NCBI GenBank assembly: GCA_964526235.1
Contig: CAZGLC010000031.1
Location: 1-24,000 of the forward strand
DNA from: an uncultured Bifidobacteriaceae bacterium
Lineage (GTDB): Bacteria > Acidobacteriota > Vicinamibacteria > Vicinamibacterales > UBA2999
Direction of reading: 5' to 3'
DNA length: 24,000 nucleotides
Positions within the stretch are counted from its first letter, which is position 1. Each line of letters opens with the position of its first letter. The notes under the pieces are model-generated. The model did not search any database. It saw nothing but the letters and a program-made list of their open reading frames with translations, and was not told the DNA's origin. A program made the position numbers and the translations under genes. This document shows, piece after piece, positions 14,381-23,450 of this stretch.

Positions 14381-15262
14381 ATGCACGAGCCGGTCATGGT
14401 CGCGGAGGTGGTCGAACACCTGGCACCGGCGCGCGGCGGCCTGTTCATCGACTGCACGGTGGGCGCGGGCGGACACGCGCGCGCGATGCTCGAGGCGGGC
14501 GCCACCCGGTTGATCGGGCTCGACCGCGATCCCGACGCGCTCGCGCAGGCGTCGGCCGCGCTCGCGGCGTATGGAACGCGCGTCGAGCTCGTGCACAGCG
14601 ACTACCGGCGGCTGGACGAGGTGCTCGATGCCCGCGGCATCGGACCGGTGGACGGGGTACTGGCGGACCTCGGGGTCTCGTCGATGCAGTTCGACGCGCC
14701 GGGGCGCGGCTTCAGCTTCCGGCGCGATGAGCCGCTCGACATGCGGATGGATCGCACGAGCGGCGAGACGGCGGCCGAGGCGATTGCGCACGCCGACGAG
14801 CGGACGCTCGCCGACGTGATCTACGAGTTCGGCGAGGAGCGCTACGCGCGGCGGATCGCGCGCGCGCTGGTCGACGCGCGGTCGGGCGACGGGATTCGGA
14901 CCACGGGGCAGCTTGCGGACGTGGTGCGGCGGGCCATTCCTCGGCGGGGGCCGTCGCGGATCGATCCGGCGACGCGGACGTTCCAGGCGATCCGGATCTG
15001 GGTGAACCGCGAGCTCGAAGGGCTCGACGGCTTTCTGACGCGCGCGGCGCACCGGCTGGCGCCGGGCGGACGGATGGCCGTCATCACCTTTCACTCGCTC
15101 GAGGATCGGATTGTGAAGCACACGCTGCGGTCACTGCAGGCGGCCGGGGAGATCGGCCTGACGATCCGCACGAAGCGGCCTCTCGTGCCGAGCGAGGCCG
15201 AAATCGAACGGAACCCGCGCGCGCGCAGCGCGAAGCTGCGGGCGGCGGAGAGGCAGCCATGA
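14381..15262 (+). CDS. rsmH: 16S rRNA (cytosine1402-N4)-methyltransferase RsmH (MraW)
   Basis: MHEPVMVAEVVEHL...GGLFIDCTVGAGGHARAML...LIGLDRDPDAL...LADLGVSSMQFD...RGFSF..DEPLDMRMD...ITFHSLEDRIVK: full-length RsmH motifs, and the conserved position after mraZ. Confidence 0.95.
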   Translation: MHEPVMVAEVVEHLAPARGGLFIDCTVGAGGHARAMLEAGATRLIGLDRDPDALAQASAALAAYGTRVELVHSDYRRLDEVLDARGIGPVDGVLADLGVSSMQFDAPGRGFSFRRDEPLDMRMDRTSGETAAEAIAHADERTLADVIYEFGEERYARRIARALVDARSGDGIRTTGQLADVVRRAIPRRGPSRIDPATRTFQAIRIWVNRELEGLDGFLTRAAHRLAPGGRMAVITFHSLEDRIVKHTLRSLQAAGEIGLTIRTKRPLVPSEAEIERNPRARSAKLRAAERQP

Positions 15263-15654
15263 AGAGTCCAGAGACGTTCGAGTACGCCATCAAGAAGGAC
15301 ATCCGGAACAACCCGATCGTCCGCGAAGTCGACCGCGACCGGCATCGCGAGATGTGGCGGACGGCGGCCATCGGCGTCTTTCTGGTGGCCGTCGTGCTGT
15401 TCTGGGCGTGGCAGCACTTCGAGCTGCTGCGGCACGGATACCGGCTCGAGCAGATGCAGGGCGGGCGCGCGGAGGAGACCGAGGTCAATCGGCACCTCCG
15501 GCTCGAGATCGAGACGCTCCGATCGCCGGTCCGGATCGAGCGCCTGGCGACCGATCGTCTCGAGATGGTGGCCCCGGGGCCGGACGACGCGGCGGTCATC
15601 GAGCGCGTGCTGCCGCCGTCGACGGCGCCGGCGTCGGCCGTCGCGCGCCGGTAG
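15259..15654 (+). CDS. ftsL: Cell division protein FtsL
   Basis: 131 aa. Single TM helix (AAIGVFLVAVVLFWAW) followed by a coiled-coil-like region (LEQMQ...LRLEIETLRSPVRIERLA). Conserved position between rsmH and ftsI. ATGA overlap with the rsmH stop. Confidence 0.8.
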   Translation: MKSPETFEYAIKKDIRNNPIVREVDRDRHREMWRTAAIGVFLVAVVLFWAWQHFELLRHGYRLEQMQGGRAEETEVNRHLRLEIETLRSPVRIERLATDRLEMVAPGPDDAAVIERVLPPSTAPASAVARR

Positions 15655-15678
15655 CAGTCGAAAGGGGCGGTGCAGCCA

Positions 15679-17772
15679 ATGGCGGACAAGCCCGCATTCG
15701 AGTGGCGTCCCACCATCCGGCGCCGTCTCGTCGTGGCCGCTGTCGGGCTGGCCCTGTGGTCCGCGGCGATAGAGGCGCGGCTCGTCTACCTGCAGGTGAG
15801 TCGGCACGACGACCTCACCGCCCGCGCCGAGCGTCAGCAGCTCCGCACCATCGAAACGGCCGCCAAGCGCGGCGAGATTCTCGACCGCAACGGCCGCGTG
15901 CTCGCCTACAGCGTGGACGCCGATTCGATCTACGCGGTCCCCACCGACATCGAGGATCCCGACACGGCGGCCTCGGCGCTCTGCGACGCGCTCGACGCCT
16001 GTCAGACGCGCGAGCGGCAGGCGATCGCCGATCGGATTCGCCGCGGGCGCGCGTTTGCGTACGTCCGGCGGCAGGCGACGCCCGACGAGGCGCGGCGCGT
16101 CGCGGGCCTCGGCCTCGAGGGCATCGGCTTCATGAAGGAGAGCCGTCGCTTCTATCCCAACAAGGAGCTGGCGGCGCACGTGCTCGGGTACGTCGGCATC
16201 GACAACGACGGGCTGAACGGCCTCGAGGCGACCTACGACACGCTCATCAAAGGACGCCCTGGCACCGTCCTCGTGCAGACCGATGCGCGGCGCCAGGCCT
16301 TCAGCCGCATCGAGCGGCCGCCGACCGCCGGTGCGACGCTCGAGCTGACGATTGACCAGTATCTGCAGTACGTCGCGGAGCGCGAGCTGCGGGCGGGCGT
16401 CGAGTCGGCCGGCGCCGCCGGCGGCTCGGTGGTCGTGATGGATCCGCGGACGGGCGACATCCTCGCGCTCGCGAATTATCCGACGTTCAATCCGAACGCC
16501 TATCGCGAGCACGACGACAACGAGCGGCGCAACCGCGGGGTCCAGGACCTCTACGAGCCCGGATCGACGTTCAAGATCGTCACCGCGGGCGCGGCGCTCG
16601 AGGACCGGCTGCTCGGGCCCGAGAGCCCCGTCGAGACGAGCCCCGGCCGCATCCGTTTCGGCGCGCGCGTGATCGACGAAGACCGCGGCCACAACTACGG
16701 CCTGCTCACGTTCACCGACGTCATCGTCAAATCGAGCAACGTCGGCGCGGTGAAGGTCGGCCTCAAGCTCGGTCCGGAGCGGATGGGGAGCTACGTCCTC
16801 CGGTTTGGCTTCGGCCGCCGCACGTCGCCCGACTTCCCCGGCGAGAGCCCCGGCATCGTCTGGAGCGCCGAACGGCTGACCGACAGCGCGCTCGCGTCGG
16901 TGTCGATGGGATATCAGGTGGGCGTGACGCCGCTGCAGATGGCGGCCGCCCTCAGCGCGGTGGCCAACGGCGGCGAGCTCGTCGAGCCGAGAGTGGTGCG
17001 CGCGGTGCTGGCGGGCAGCTCGCGCGCGGTGGTGCCGCGCAAGGTGATCCGGCGGGCCGTGTCTCCGGCCACGGCTGCGGTGCTGACCGACATGATGGAG
17101 CAGGTCGTCCAGCGCGGGACAGGCACCCGCGCGAAGGTCGCGGGCTTCACGATCGCGGGGAAGACGGGCACGGCGCAGAAAGTCGTGAACGGCCGCTACT
17201 CGACCTCCGACTACAACGTCTCGTTCGTCGGATTCGTCCCGTCGCGGCAGCCGGCGTTCGCCATCGTGGTCGTCGTCGATTCACCCCACAAAGTTCCGCC
17301 GTACGGCGGCACCGTCGCCGCGCCGATTTTCCAGCGAGTGGCCGACGCGGGGCTGCGCCTGTACGGGGTGCCGCGGTCGATCAATCCCGCGCCGCCGGTG
17401 ATCGTCGCGCGCCGCGACACCACGAACCAGCGGGCCGCATTGCACCCCAGCGCGCAAGAACCGCGCGCTGGGGACCCCGCATTCGCGCCGGCGACCGTGC
17501 CCGCGATCGTGACGCTCGGCGGTGCCGCCACCACCGGGTCGTCGGTGGCGCTCGTGCCGGATCTGCGCGGCCTGGGTGCGCGCGACGCGCTGCGCATGCT
17601 GGCGCGGCTGGGCCTCGCGGCGCGCGTGCACGGGACAGGGGTCGTCGTCGACCAGGATCCTCCCCCCGGACGCCCGATCGAGCGGGGCGCGGTCTCCACC
17701 CTCAGGCTGGAACGCCATGCGGGGGCCGCCGTGCCGGTTGCGACCGCGGCGGCGCCGGGCGGAGGGCCATGA
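15679..17772 (+). CDS. ftsI: Peptidoglycan D,D-transpeptidase FtsI (class B PBP) with a C-terminal PASTA domain
   Basis: N-terminal TM anchor, dimerisation domain, and transpeptidase motifs STFK (SxxK), SSN and KTGT. The C-terminal 75 aa include LVPDLRGLGARDALRMLARLGLAARVHGTGVVVDQDPPPGRPIERGAVSTLRL (PASTA fold pattern). ATG 15679 is preferred over the GTG 15670 used by the track. Confidence 0.92.
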   Translation: MADKPAFEWRPTIRRRLVVAAVGLALWSAAIEARLVYLQVSRHDDLTARAERQQLRTIETAAKRGEILDRNGRVLAYSVDADSIYAVPTDIEDPDTAASALCDALDACQTRERQAIADRIRRGRAFAYVRRQATPDEARRVAGLGLEGIGFMKESRRFYPNKELAAHVLGYVGIDNDGLNGLEATYDTLIKGRPGTVLVQTDARRQAFSRIERPPTAGATLELTIDQYLQYVAERELRAGVESAGAAGGSVVVMDPRTGDILALANYPTFNPNAYREHDDNERRNRGVQDLYEPGSTFKIVTAGAALEDRLLGPESPVETSPGRIRFGARVIDEDRGHNYGLLTFTDVIVKSSNVGAVKVGLKLGPERMGSYVLRFGFGRRTSPDFPGESPGIVWSAERLTDSALASVSMGYQVGVTPLQMAAALSAVANGGELVEPRVVRAVLAGSSRAVVPRKVIRRAVSPATAAVLTDMMEQVVQRGTGTRAKVAGFTIAGKTGTAQKVVNGRYSTSDYNVSFVGFVPSRQPAFAIVVVVDSPHKVPPYGGTVAAPIFQRVADAGLRLYGVPRSINPAPPVIVARRDTTNQRAALHPSAQEPRAGDPAFAPATVPAIVTLGGAATTGSSVALVPDLRGLGARDALRMLARLGLAARVHGTGVVVDQDPPPGRPIERGAVSTLRLERHAGAAVPVATAAAPGGGP

Positions 17773-19283
17773 CCGTTCGGGAGCTGCTGCAGGCGCTCGC
17801 GCGCGCCAGCTCGCCGGACGAACGGATCGAGCTGTCTGACAGCAGGGCGCTCGACGTGCCGTGTCGCGGCGTGACGCACGACTCACGCCGCGTGGCGCCG
17901 GGCTGGGTGTTCGTGGCGTTGCGCGGCCTCAAGACGGACGGCGCCGTGTTCGGGCCGCAGGCGATCGCCGCAGGCGCCGCGGCGGTGGTGGCCGAGCGCG
18001 AGCCGCAGGAGCCGGCGCAGGCGCCGTGGATCGTGGTTCGCGACGCCCGGCTCGCGCTCGCGCGGCTGGCGGCGGAGTTCTTCGACCACCCGAGCCGGAA
18101 GATGCGCGTCGTCGGCATCACCGGCACGAACGGCAAGACGACGACGAGTTACCTGGTCAACGCGATCTTCGAGGCGGCGGGAATCAGGTGCGGGGTGCTG
18201 GGCACGGTGATGTACCGGATTGGCGATCGTGAGATTGCCGCCGAGCGGACGACGCCGGAGGCGCCCGAGCTGCAGGGGTTGCTGCACGACATGGTGACGG
18301 CTGGATCCGGCGCGTGTGCGATGGAGGTGTCGTCGCACGCCCTCGCGCTGCGGCGGGCCGACAGCATTCACTTTGCGGCGGGTGTCTTCACGAACCTGAC
18401 GCGCGACCACCTCGACTTCCATGCGGACATGGAGGACTACTTTGCTGCCAAGCGGCGTCTCTTCGAGCTGCTGCCGGCGGAGGCGCCCGCCGCCGTGAAT
18501 CTGGACGATCCCCGCGGCGCCTCCATTGCCGAGATGGTCCGCCGGCCGGTGACGTACGCCGTGAATCGTTCCGCGGACGTGACGCCGGGGCCGCTGGTGC
18601 TGTCGCTCGACGGACTGTCGTTCGACGTGCGCACGCCGCGCGGCGAGCTGCACGTGACGTCCCCGCTCGTCGGACGGCCCAACGTCTACAACATCCTCGC
18701 CGCCGTGAGTGTGACGGCGGCGCTCGACCTGCCGCTCGACGCGGTCGCGCGCGGCATCGCAGCACTCGCGGGCGTCCCGGGCCGCTTCGAGCGCGTCTCG
18801 TCGCCCGACGACGACGTCACCGTCATCGTCGACTACGCGCACACCGACGACGCGCTGCGGAATCTGCTCGAGATGGCACGCCCGCTCGCCCCGCGCCGGC
18901 TCATCACGGTGTTCGGCGCCGGCGGCGATCGCGATCGCACGAAACGGCCGCTCATGGGAATGGTCGCCGCGCGGCTCAGCGACCTGGTGGTGATCACGAC
19001 GGACAACCCGCGGTCGGAAGACCCGCAGCGGATCCTCGACGAGATCAACCTCGGCGCCGAGCAGGAGACGCGGCAGCGCGACGTCGAGGTGCTGACGATG
19101 GTCGATCGCCGCGACGCGGTTCACTACGCGGTCGACCACGCGTCGCCAGGGGATCTCATTCTGGTCGCCGGCAAGGGGCACGAGAAGTATCAGGAAATCG
19201 GCGGGCGGTTGCTTCCGTTCGACGACGTCGCGGTCGCGCGCGAGGCGCTCCAGGCGCGGCGCGACAGGTTGCGGGTTGGGTGA
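17769..19283 (+). CDS. murE: UDP-N-acetylmuramoyl-L-alanyl-D-glutamate--2,6-diaminopimelate ligase MurE
   Basis: GITGTNGKTTT P-loop and Mur ligase middle and C-terminal domains. The DNPR motif (TTDNPRSEDP) is characteristic of meso-DAP-adding MurE. ATGA overlap with the ftsI stop. Confidence 0.95.
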   Translation: MTVRELLQALARASSPDERIELSDSRALDVPCRGVTHDSRRVAPGWVFVALRGLKTDGAVFGPQAIAAGAAAVVAEREPQEPAQAPWIVVRDARLALARLAAEFFDHPSRKMRVVGITGTNGKTTTSYLVNAIFEAAGIRCGVLGTVMYRIGDREIAAERTTPEAPELQGLLHDMVTAGSGACAMEVSSHALALRRADSIHFAAGVFTNLTRDHLDFHADMEDYFAAKRRLFELLPAEAPAAVNLDDPRGASIAEMVRRPVTYAVNRSADVTPGPLVLSLDGLSFDVRTPRGELHVTSPLVGRPNVYNILAAVSVTAALDLPLDAVARGIAALAGVPGRFERVSSPDDDVTVIVDYAHTDDALRNLLEMARPLAPRRLITVFGAGGDRDRTKRPLMGMVAARLSDLVVITTDNPRSEDPQRILDEINLGAEQETRQRDVEVLTMVDRRDAVHYAVDHASPGDLILVAGKGHEKYQEIGGRLLPFDDVAVAREALQARRDRLRVG

Positions 19284-20703
19284 CGAGCTGCACCTCACGC
19301 TGCGATGGGTGGCCGACGCGGTTGGCGGCCGAATCCGGGCCGGCGATCCGGAGCTGGAGGTGCGCACCGTCGCGATCGACACGCGGACCCTCGAGCCGGG
19401 CGACTTGTTCGTCGCGCTGCGCGGACCGCGGTTCGACGCGCACACGTTCGTGGGCGACGCGTTCAGCAAGGGGGCGATCGGCGCCATCGTGGCGCGCGGA
19501 TTCGTCGCGGAGGGCCACGGGCCCCGACGTGACGGCCCGTCCCACGATCGCGCGCTCGTGGAGGTCGACGACACGACGCGGGCACTGCAGGCGCTCGGGC
19601 ATGCCGTCCGTCTGGCAAGCGGCGCGCGCGTCGTGGCGATCACGGGAAGCGCGGGCAAGACGACCACGAAGGAAGCCATCGCCGAATTTCTCTCGGTACG
19701 TTTTCGCGTGGTGAAGAACAGGGGGAATCTGAACAACCACATCGGACTGCCGCTCTCGCTCGTGCGGCTGCGCGAGCGGCCCGACGTGGCGGTCATGGAA
19801 CTGGGCATGAACCATCCCGGTGAGATCAGCACGCTCGTGGCGATCGCGGAGCCCGAGCTGCGCGTCTGGACCAACGTGGGCGACGCGCACATCGGCTACT
19901 TCGGCTCGCTCGAGGCGATTGCCGACGCGAAGGCGGAGATTCTCGAGCGCGCCGGCGCGGCGCATGTGCTGGTCTGTAACGCCGACGATCCGCGCGTGAT
20001 GGCGCGGGCGCCGCGCTTTGCCGGCCGGGTCGTGACGTTCGGGACGGCGGTGAACGCCGACGTGCGCGCCGCCGACATCGACGACCGAGGCATCGACGGC
20101 ATGCAGGCGCGCGTGTGCACGCGCGGCGGCGAGCGCGTCGTGAGCACGCCGCTGCTCGGGCGCGGGAATCTCGACAACGTGTTGGCGGCGACGGCGGTGG
20201 CGTTGGAGTTCGATGTGCCGCTCGATGACGTGGTGGCCGCCGCCGGGCGTCTGAGGGCCGCGGACCGGCGCGGCGCCGTGCGCCGGCTGCGCGGGAGCAT
20301 CGTCCTCATCGACGACTCGTACAACTCGAGCCCGGCCGCCCTGGCGCGGGCGCTCGACGTCGTCGCGAAGGAAACGCGGATCGCCGGCAAGGTCGCGGTG
20401 CTGGGCGAGATGCTGGAGCTCGGCGATCAGTCGGTCGCGCTCCACCGGCAGGCGGGCCGGACCGCCGCCGCCGCGGGGCTTCGATTCCTCGTCGCGATCG
20501 GCGGCGAGGCGGCGCGTGCGCTGGCCGGCGCGGCCGTCGCCGCGGGCATGCCGTCATCGGCGGTGCGTCACGTGGACACGAGCGCGCTCGCGGCACCGGC
20601 CGTGGTGGCGGATATCCGCGCCGGCGACCTCGTGCTCGTGAAAGGGTCGCGCGGGACCCGCACCGACATCGTGGCCGATGCCATCGCCGCGGAGTTCAGC
20701 TGA
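19276..20703 (+). CDS. murF: UDP-N-acetylmuramoyl-tripeptide--D-alanyl-D-alanine ligase MurF
   Basis: [14 protein letters not shown]-loop, NNHIGLPL and IDDSYNSSP motifs. TTG start at 19276 overlaps murE by 8 nt. There is no in-frame ATG or GTG upstream of the conserved N-terminal region. Confidence 0.93.
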   Translation: MGDELHLTLRWVADAVGGRIRAGDPELEVRTVAIDTRTLEPGDLFVALRGPRFDAHTFVGDAFSKGAIGAIVARGFVAEGHGPRRDGPSHDRALVEVDDTTRALQALGHAVRLASGARVVAITGSAGKTTTKEAIAEFLSVRFRVVKNRGNLNNHIGLPLSLVRLRERPDVAVMELGMNHPGEISTLVAIAEPELRVWTNVGDAHIGYFGSLEAIADAKAEILERAGAAHVLVCNADDPRVMARAPRFAGRVVTFGTAVNADVRAADIDDRGIDGMQARVCTRGGERVVSTPLLGRGNLDNVLAATAVALEFDVPLDDVVAAAGRLRAADRRGAVRRLRGSIVLIDDSYNSSPAALARALDVVAKETRIAGKVAVLGEMLELGDQSVALHRQAGRTAAAAGLRFLVAIGGEAARALAGAAVAAGMPSSAVRHVDTSALAAPAVVADIRAGDLVLVKGSRGTRTDIVADAIAAEFS

Positions 20704-21788
20704 TGCTGATGGAGCTGCTGCTGCCGCTCGAACCGACATTCGGCGTGCTGAACGTGGTGCGCTACATCACGTTCCGCACGGCGGCGGCCAGCCTCACCGC
20801 GCTCGTCATCAGCCTCGTGCTCGGGCCGTGGATGATCCGGACGCTCCGCGAGTTCCAGATCGGCCAGGTGATCCGGCAGGAGGGGCCGCAGTCGCACCGC
20901 GCCAAGGCGGGGACGCCGACGATGGGCGGGCTGCTGATCCTGACCGCATCGATCGTGCCGACGCTGCTCTGGACGGACCTCACGAACCCGTACGTCTGGA
21001 TTGCGGTGCTCGCGACGTGCGCCTTCGGCGCGATCGGCTTCGCGGACGACTACCTGAAGGTCGTCCACCGCTCCCATCACGGCCTGCGGCCGCGCTACAA
21101 GATGGCGCTGCAGATCCTGGTGGCGCTGGCGGTCGGCGTTACGCTGATGGTGTTCGCCGCGAACAATCTCTACAACACGCGCCTCATCTTCCCCTTCTTC
21201 AAGAACCTGATTCCCGATCTGGGGTGGCTCTACGTGGCCTTCACGGTGCTGGTCCTCGTCGGCGCGAGCAACGCCGTCAATCTGACCGACGGCCTCGACG
21301 GCCTCGCCATCAGCACGTTCGGCGTGGCGGCTGCGGCGTTCACCGCGCTCGCCTACGTGACCGGGCACGCCGTGCTCGCCGACTACCTGCTGCTCGTGCG
21401 CTTCCCGCCGGCCGGAGAGCTGACGATTTTCTGCGGCGCGCTCGTCGGCGCGAGCCTCGGCTTCCTCTGGTACAACTCGTACCCCGCCGAGCTCTTCATG
21501 GGCGACGTCGGCTCGCTCGCCCTCGGCGGCGCGCTCGGCACGGTCGCCATTCTGATCAAGCAGGAGCTGCTGCTGCCGATCGTCGGCGGCGTGTTCGTGA
21601 TCGAGGCGCTCTCGGTCATCGTGCAGGTCGGCTCGTTCAAGCTGCGCGGCCAGCGCGTCTTCAAGATGGCGCCGCTCCACCATCACTTCGAGCTGAGCGG
21701 CTGGAGCGAACCGAAGATCATCACGCGTTTTCTCATTCTCGCGGTGATCTTCGCGCTCTTCAGCCTCACGACGTTGAAGCTGCGGTGA
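20703..21788 (+). CDS. mraY: Phospho-N-acetylmuramoyl-pentapeptide-transferase MraY
   Basis: 361 aa, 10-TM. Contains [37 protein letters not shown] and APLHHHFE motifs. The ATG overlaps the murF TGA by 1 nt. Confidence 0.97.
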   Translation: MLMELLLPLEPTFGVLNVVRYITFRTAAASLTALVISLVLGPWMIRTLREFQIGQVIRQEGPQSHRAKAGTPTMGGLLILTASIVPTLLWTDLTNPYVWIAVLATCAFGAIGFADDYLKVVHRSHHGLRPRYKMALQILVALAVGVTLMVFAANNLYNTRLIFPFFKNLIPDLGWLYVAFTVLVLVGASNAVNLTDGLDGLAISTFGVAAAAFTALAYVTGHAVLADYLLLVRFPPAGELTIFCGALVGASLGFLWYNSYPAELFMGDVGSLALGGALGTVAILIKQELLLPIVGGVFVIEALSVIVQVGSFKLRGQRVFKMAPLHHHFELSGWSEPKIITRFLILAVIFALFSLTTLKLR

Positions 21789-21792
21789 TGGC

Positions 21793-23184
21793 GTGGGCAA
21801 CAGTGGCTTCTCGGTCGGGCAGCGCCGGGTGGTGGTGGTGGGAGCGGCGCGGAGCGGCGTGGCGGCGGCCGCGCTGCTGGCGAAACGGGGCGCGATGGTG
21901 ACGCTGAGCGACATGCGCAATGCGATCGACGACGCTGCGGCCCTGCAAGCCGCCGGCGTGACGGTCGAAGTCGGCGGCCATCGCCCGGAGACGTTCGCGG
22001 CGGCCGACCTCGTGGTGCTCAGTCCCGGCGTGCCGCCGGATCAGCCGGCGCTCGAGCCGGCGCGGCGGCGCGGAGCCGAGGTGATCGGCGAGATCGAGCT
22101 GGCGTGGCGCTGGATCCGCGGCCGCGTGATTGCGGTGACCGGCACGAAAGGCAAGTCGACGACCACGACGCTGGTCGGCCGGATGCTCGACGCCGCGGGC
22201 CGGAAGGTGCTCGTGGGCGGCAACATCGGCGTGCCGCTGAGCGGGCAGGTGGAGGCGTCGACGCCCGAGACCGTGCACGTCGTGGAGGTGAGCAGCTTTC
22301 AGCTCGAAACGACGACGACCTTCCGGCCGTGGATTGCCGTCTGGCTGAACTTTGCCGACGACCATCTCGATCGGCATCCGAGCGTCGAGGCGTACGCGGC
22401 GGCGAAGGCGCGGATCTTCGCCAACCAAGACGCGGACGACTGGGCCGTGGTCAACGCCGACGACCCGGCGGTGATGGAGCGCAGCGAGGGCATTGCGGCG
22501 CGCCGCGTCCGATTCGCGCTGTCAGGACGCCTCGCGGACGGCTACGCGGTCGACGGCGAGTGGATCGTCCGGCGGACGGCGACCGGCGTCGATCGGCTCG
22601 TGCCGGTCGCGGCCGTCGAGCTCACGGGCCGCCACATGCTCGGGAACGTCCTGGCAGCGAGCGCGGCGGCATCGCTGGCCGGCTGCGCGGGGGACGCCAT
22701 GACGCGCGCGCTTCGCGGATTCCGCGGACTCGCACACGTGATGGAGCCCGCCGGCGAGATCGGCGGCGTGCGGTTCGTGAACGACTCGAAGGCGACCAAC
22801 GTCGAGGCGGCGCGGCGATCGATCGAGAGCTTCGAGTCCGGCGTGGTGGCGATTGTCGGCGGGCGCTTCAAGGGCGGCGACCTGCGGCTGCTGCGCGATC
22901 CGCTCGCGGCGCGCGGCCGGGCGGTCGTGGCGATCGGCGAGGCGGCGCCGCTCGTCCGGCGCGCGCTCGACGGCGTGGTGCCGGTGGTCGAGGCGGTCTC
23001 GATGCGCGACGCGGTGAAGCGCGGCTACGACGCGGCAGCGCCAGACGGGGTCGTGCTGCTCGCGCCGGCATGCGCCAGCTTCGACTGGTTCCGGGATTAC
23101 GCGGAACGAGGAGAGGTGTTCAAGGCCGAGGTTGCGAGGTTGAAGCGCGAGACGGAACACCGAGACACCGAGGCACCGAGCTAA
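21793..23184 (+). CDS. murD: UDP-N-acetylmuramoylalanine--D-glutamate ligase MurD
   Basis: VVVVGAARSG Rossmann-like N-terminus, VTGTKGKSTTT P-loop, NDSKATN, and a C-terminal ACASFDWFRDYAERGEVFK. GTG start at 21793. The last roughly 13 aa (KRETEHRDTEAPS) are encoded by the octamer-repeat hairpin arm. Confidence 0.95.
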   Translation: MGNSGFSVGQRRVVVVGAARSGVAAAALLAKRGAMVTLSDMRNAIDDAAALQAAGVTVEVGGHRPETFAAADLVVLSPGVPPDQPALEPARRRGAEVIGEIELAWRWIRGRVIAVTGTKGKSTTTTLVGRMLDAAGRKVLVGGNIGVPLSGQVEASTPETVHVVEVSSFQLETTTTFRPWIAVWLNFADDHLDRHPSVEAYAAAKARIFANQDADDWAVVNADDPAVMERSEGIAARRVRFALSGRLADGYAVDGEWIVRRTATGVDRLVPVAAVELTGRHMLGNVLAASAAASLAGCAGDAMTRALRGFRGLAHVMEPAGEIGGVRFVNDSKATNVEAARRSIESFESGVVAIVGGRFKGGDLRLLRDPLAARGRAVVAIGEAAPLVRRALDGVVPVVEAVSMRDAVKRGYDAAAPDGVVLLAPACASFDWFRDYAERGEVFKAEVARLKRETEHRDTEAPS

Positions 23185-23213
23185 ATAAGTCTCGGTGTCT
23201 CTGTGCCTCGGTG
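23158..23213 (+). repeat. Imperfect 23-bp inverted repeat built from 3x octamer CACCGAGN and 3x CTCNGTGN, with the murD stop codon in the loop
   Basis: The left arm caccgagacaccgaggcaccgag (23158-23180) pairs with the right arm ctcggtgtctctgtgcctcggtg (23191-23213). This gives 20 Watson-Crick pairs, 1 G-U and 2 mismatches. The 10-nt loop ctaaataagt contains the murD TAA (23182-23184). No U-tract follows. Confidence 0.6.
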
Positions 23214-23237
23214 GTTCGTGAAGGTTGCGATGGTGCG

Positions 23238-23356
23238 AGCGGTGAGCAGTCGTCAGTCGGTTCAGCGGAGGAGAGCTGGCCGCTGGGAACGCAGGCTACC
23301 CCGGTCTGCGAGGTCGGCGTCCCCTTCCACGGGCCGGCTGATGACTGCTGACCGCT
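23238..23356 (+). ncRNA. Candidate structured RNA element in the murD-ftsW spacer (long-range 23-bp stem enclosing about 73 nt)
   Basis: agcggtgagcagtcgtcagtcgg (23238-23260) pairs with ccggctgatgactgctgaccgct (23334-23356). This gives 20 Watson-Crick pairs, 2 G-U pairs (valid only in the plus-strand transcript) and 1 mismatch. An inner hairpin cagcgg-N11-ccgctg lies at about 23263-23285. No credible ORF. Confidence 0.4.
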
Positions 23357-23450
23357 TCCATCTTCGGCGGGACCAGCGGGATCGAGATCGTAGTCGATCC
23401 GCGCACCAAGTGATGTTTCGGATGGCTGGGCGGTTTTCGATAGGGGTAGC

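Noticed and set aside
13838-21920. Very long minus-strand ORFs across the dcw cluster (13838..15121, 15091..16692, 17883..19892, 19156..20445, 20568..21920, 21766..22428, 22522..23160)
   Set aside because: All are antisense to genes with unmistakable family signatures (rsmH, ftsI, murE, murF, mraY, murD). Their translations are Arg/Asp/His-rich without domains. They are stop-codon-poor artefacts of about 70% GC.
23158-23213. Possible CRISPR-like or tandem-repeat array (octamer repeats here and at 7106-7129)
   Set aside because: The units are only 8 nt, directly abutting, with no spacers and only three copies. This is incompatible with CRISPR architecture, so I treat it as REP-like repeats.
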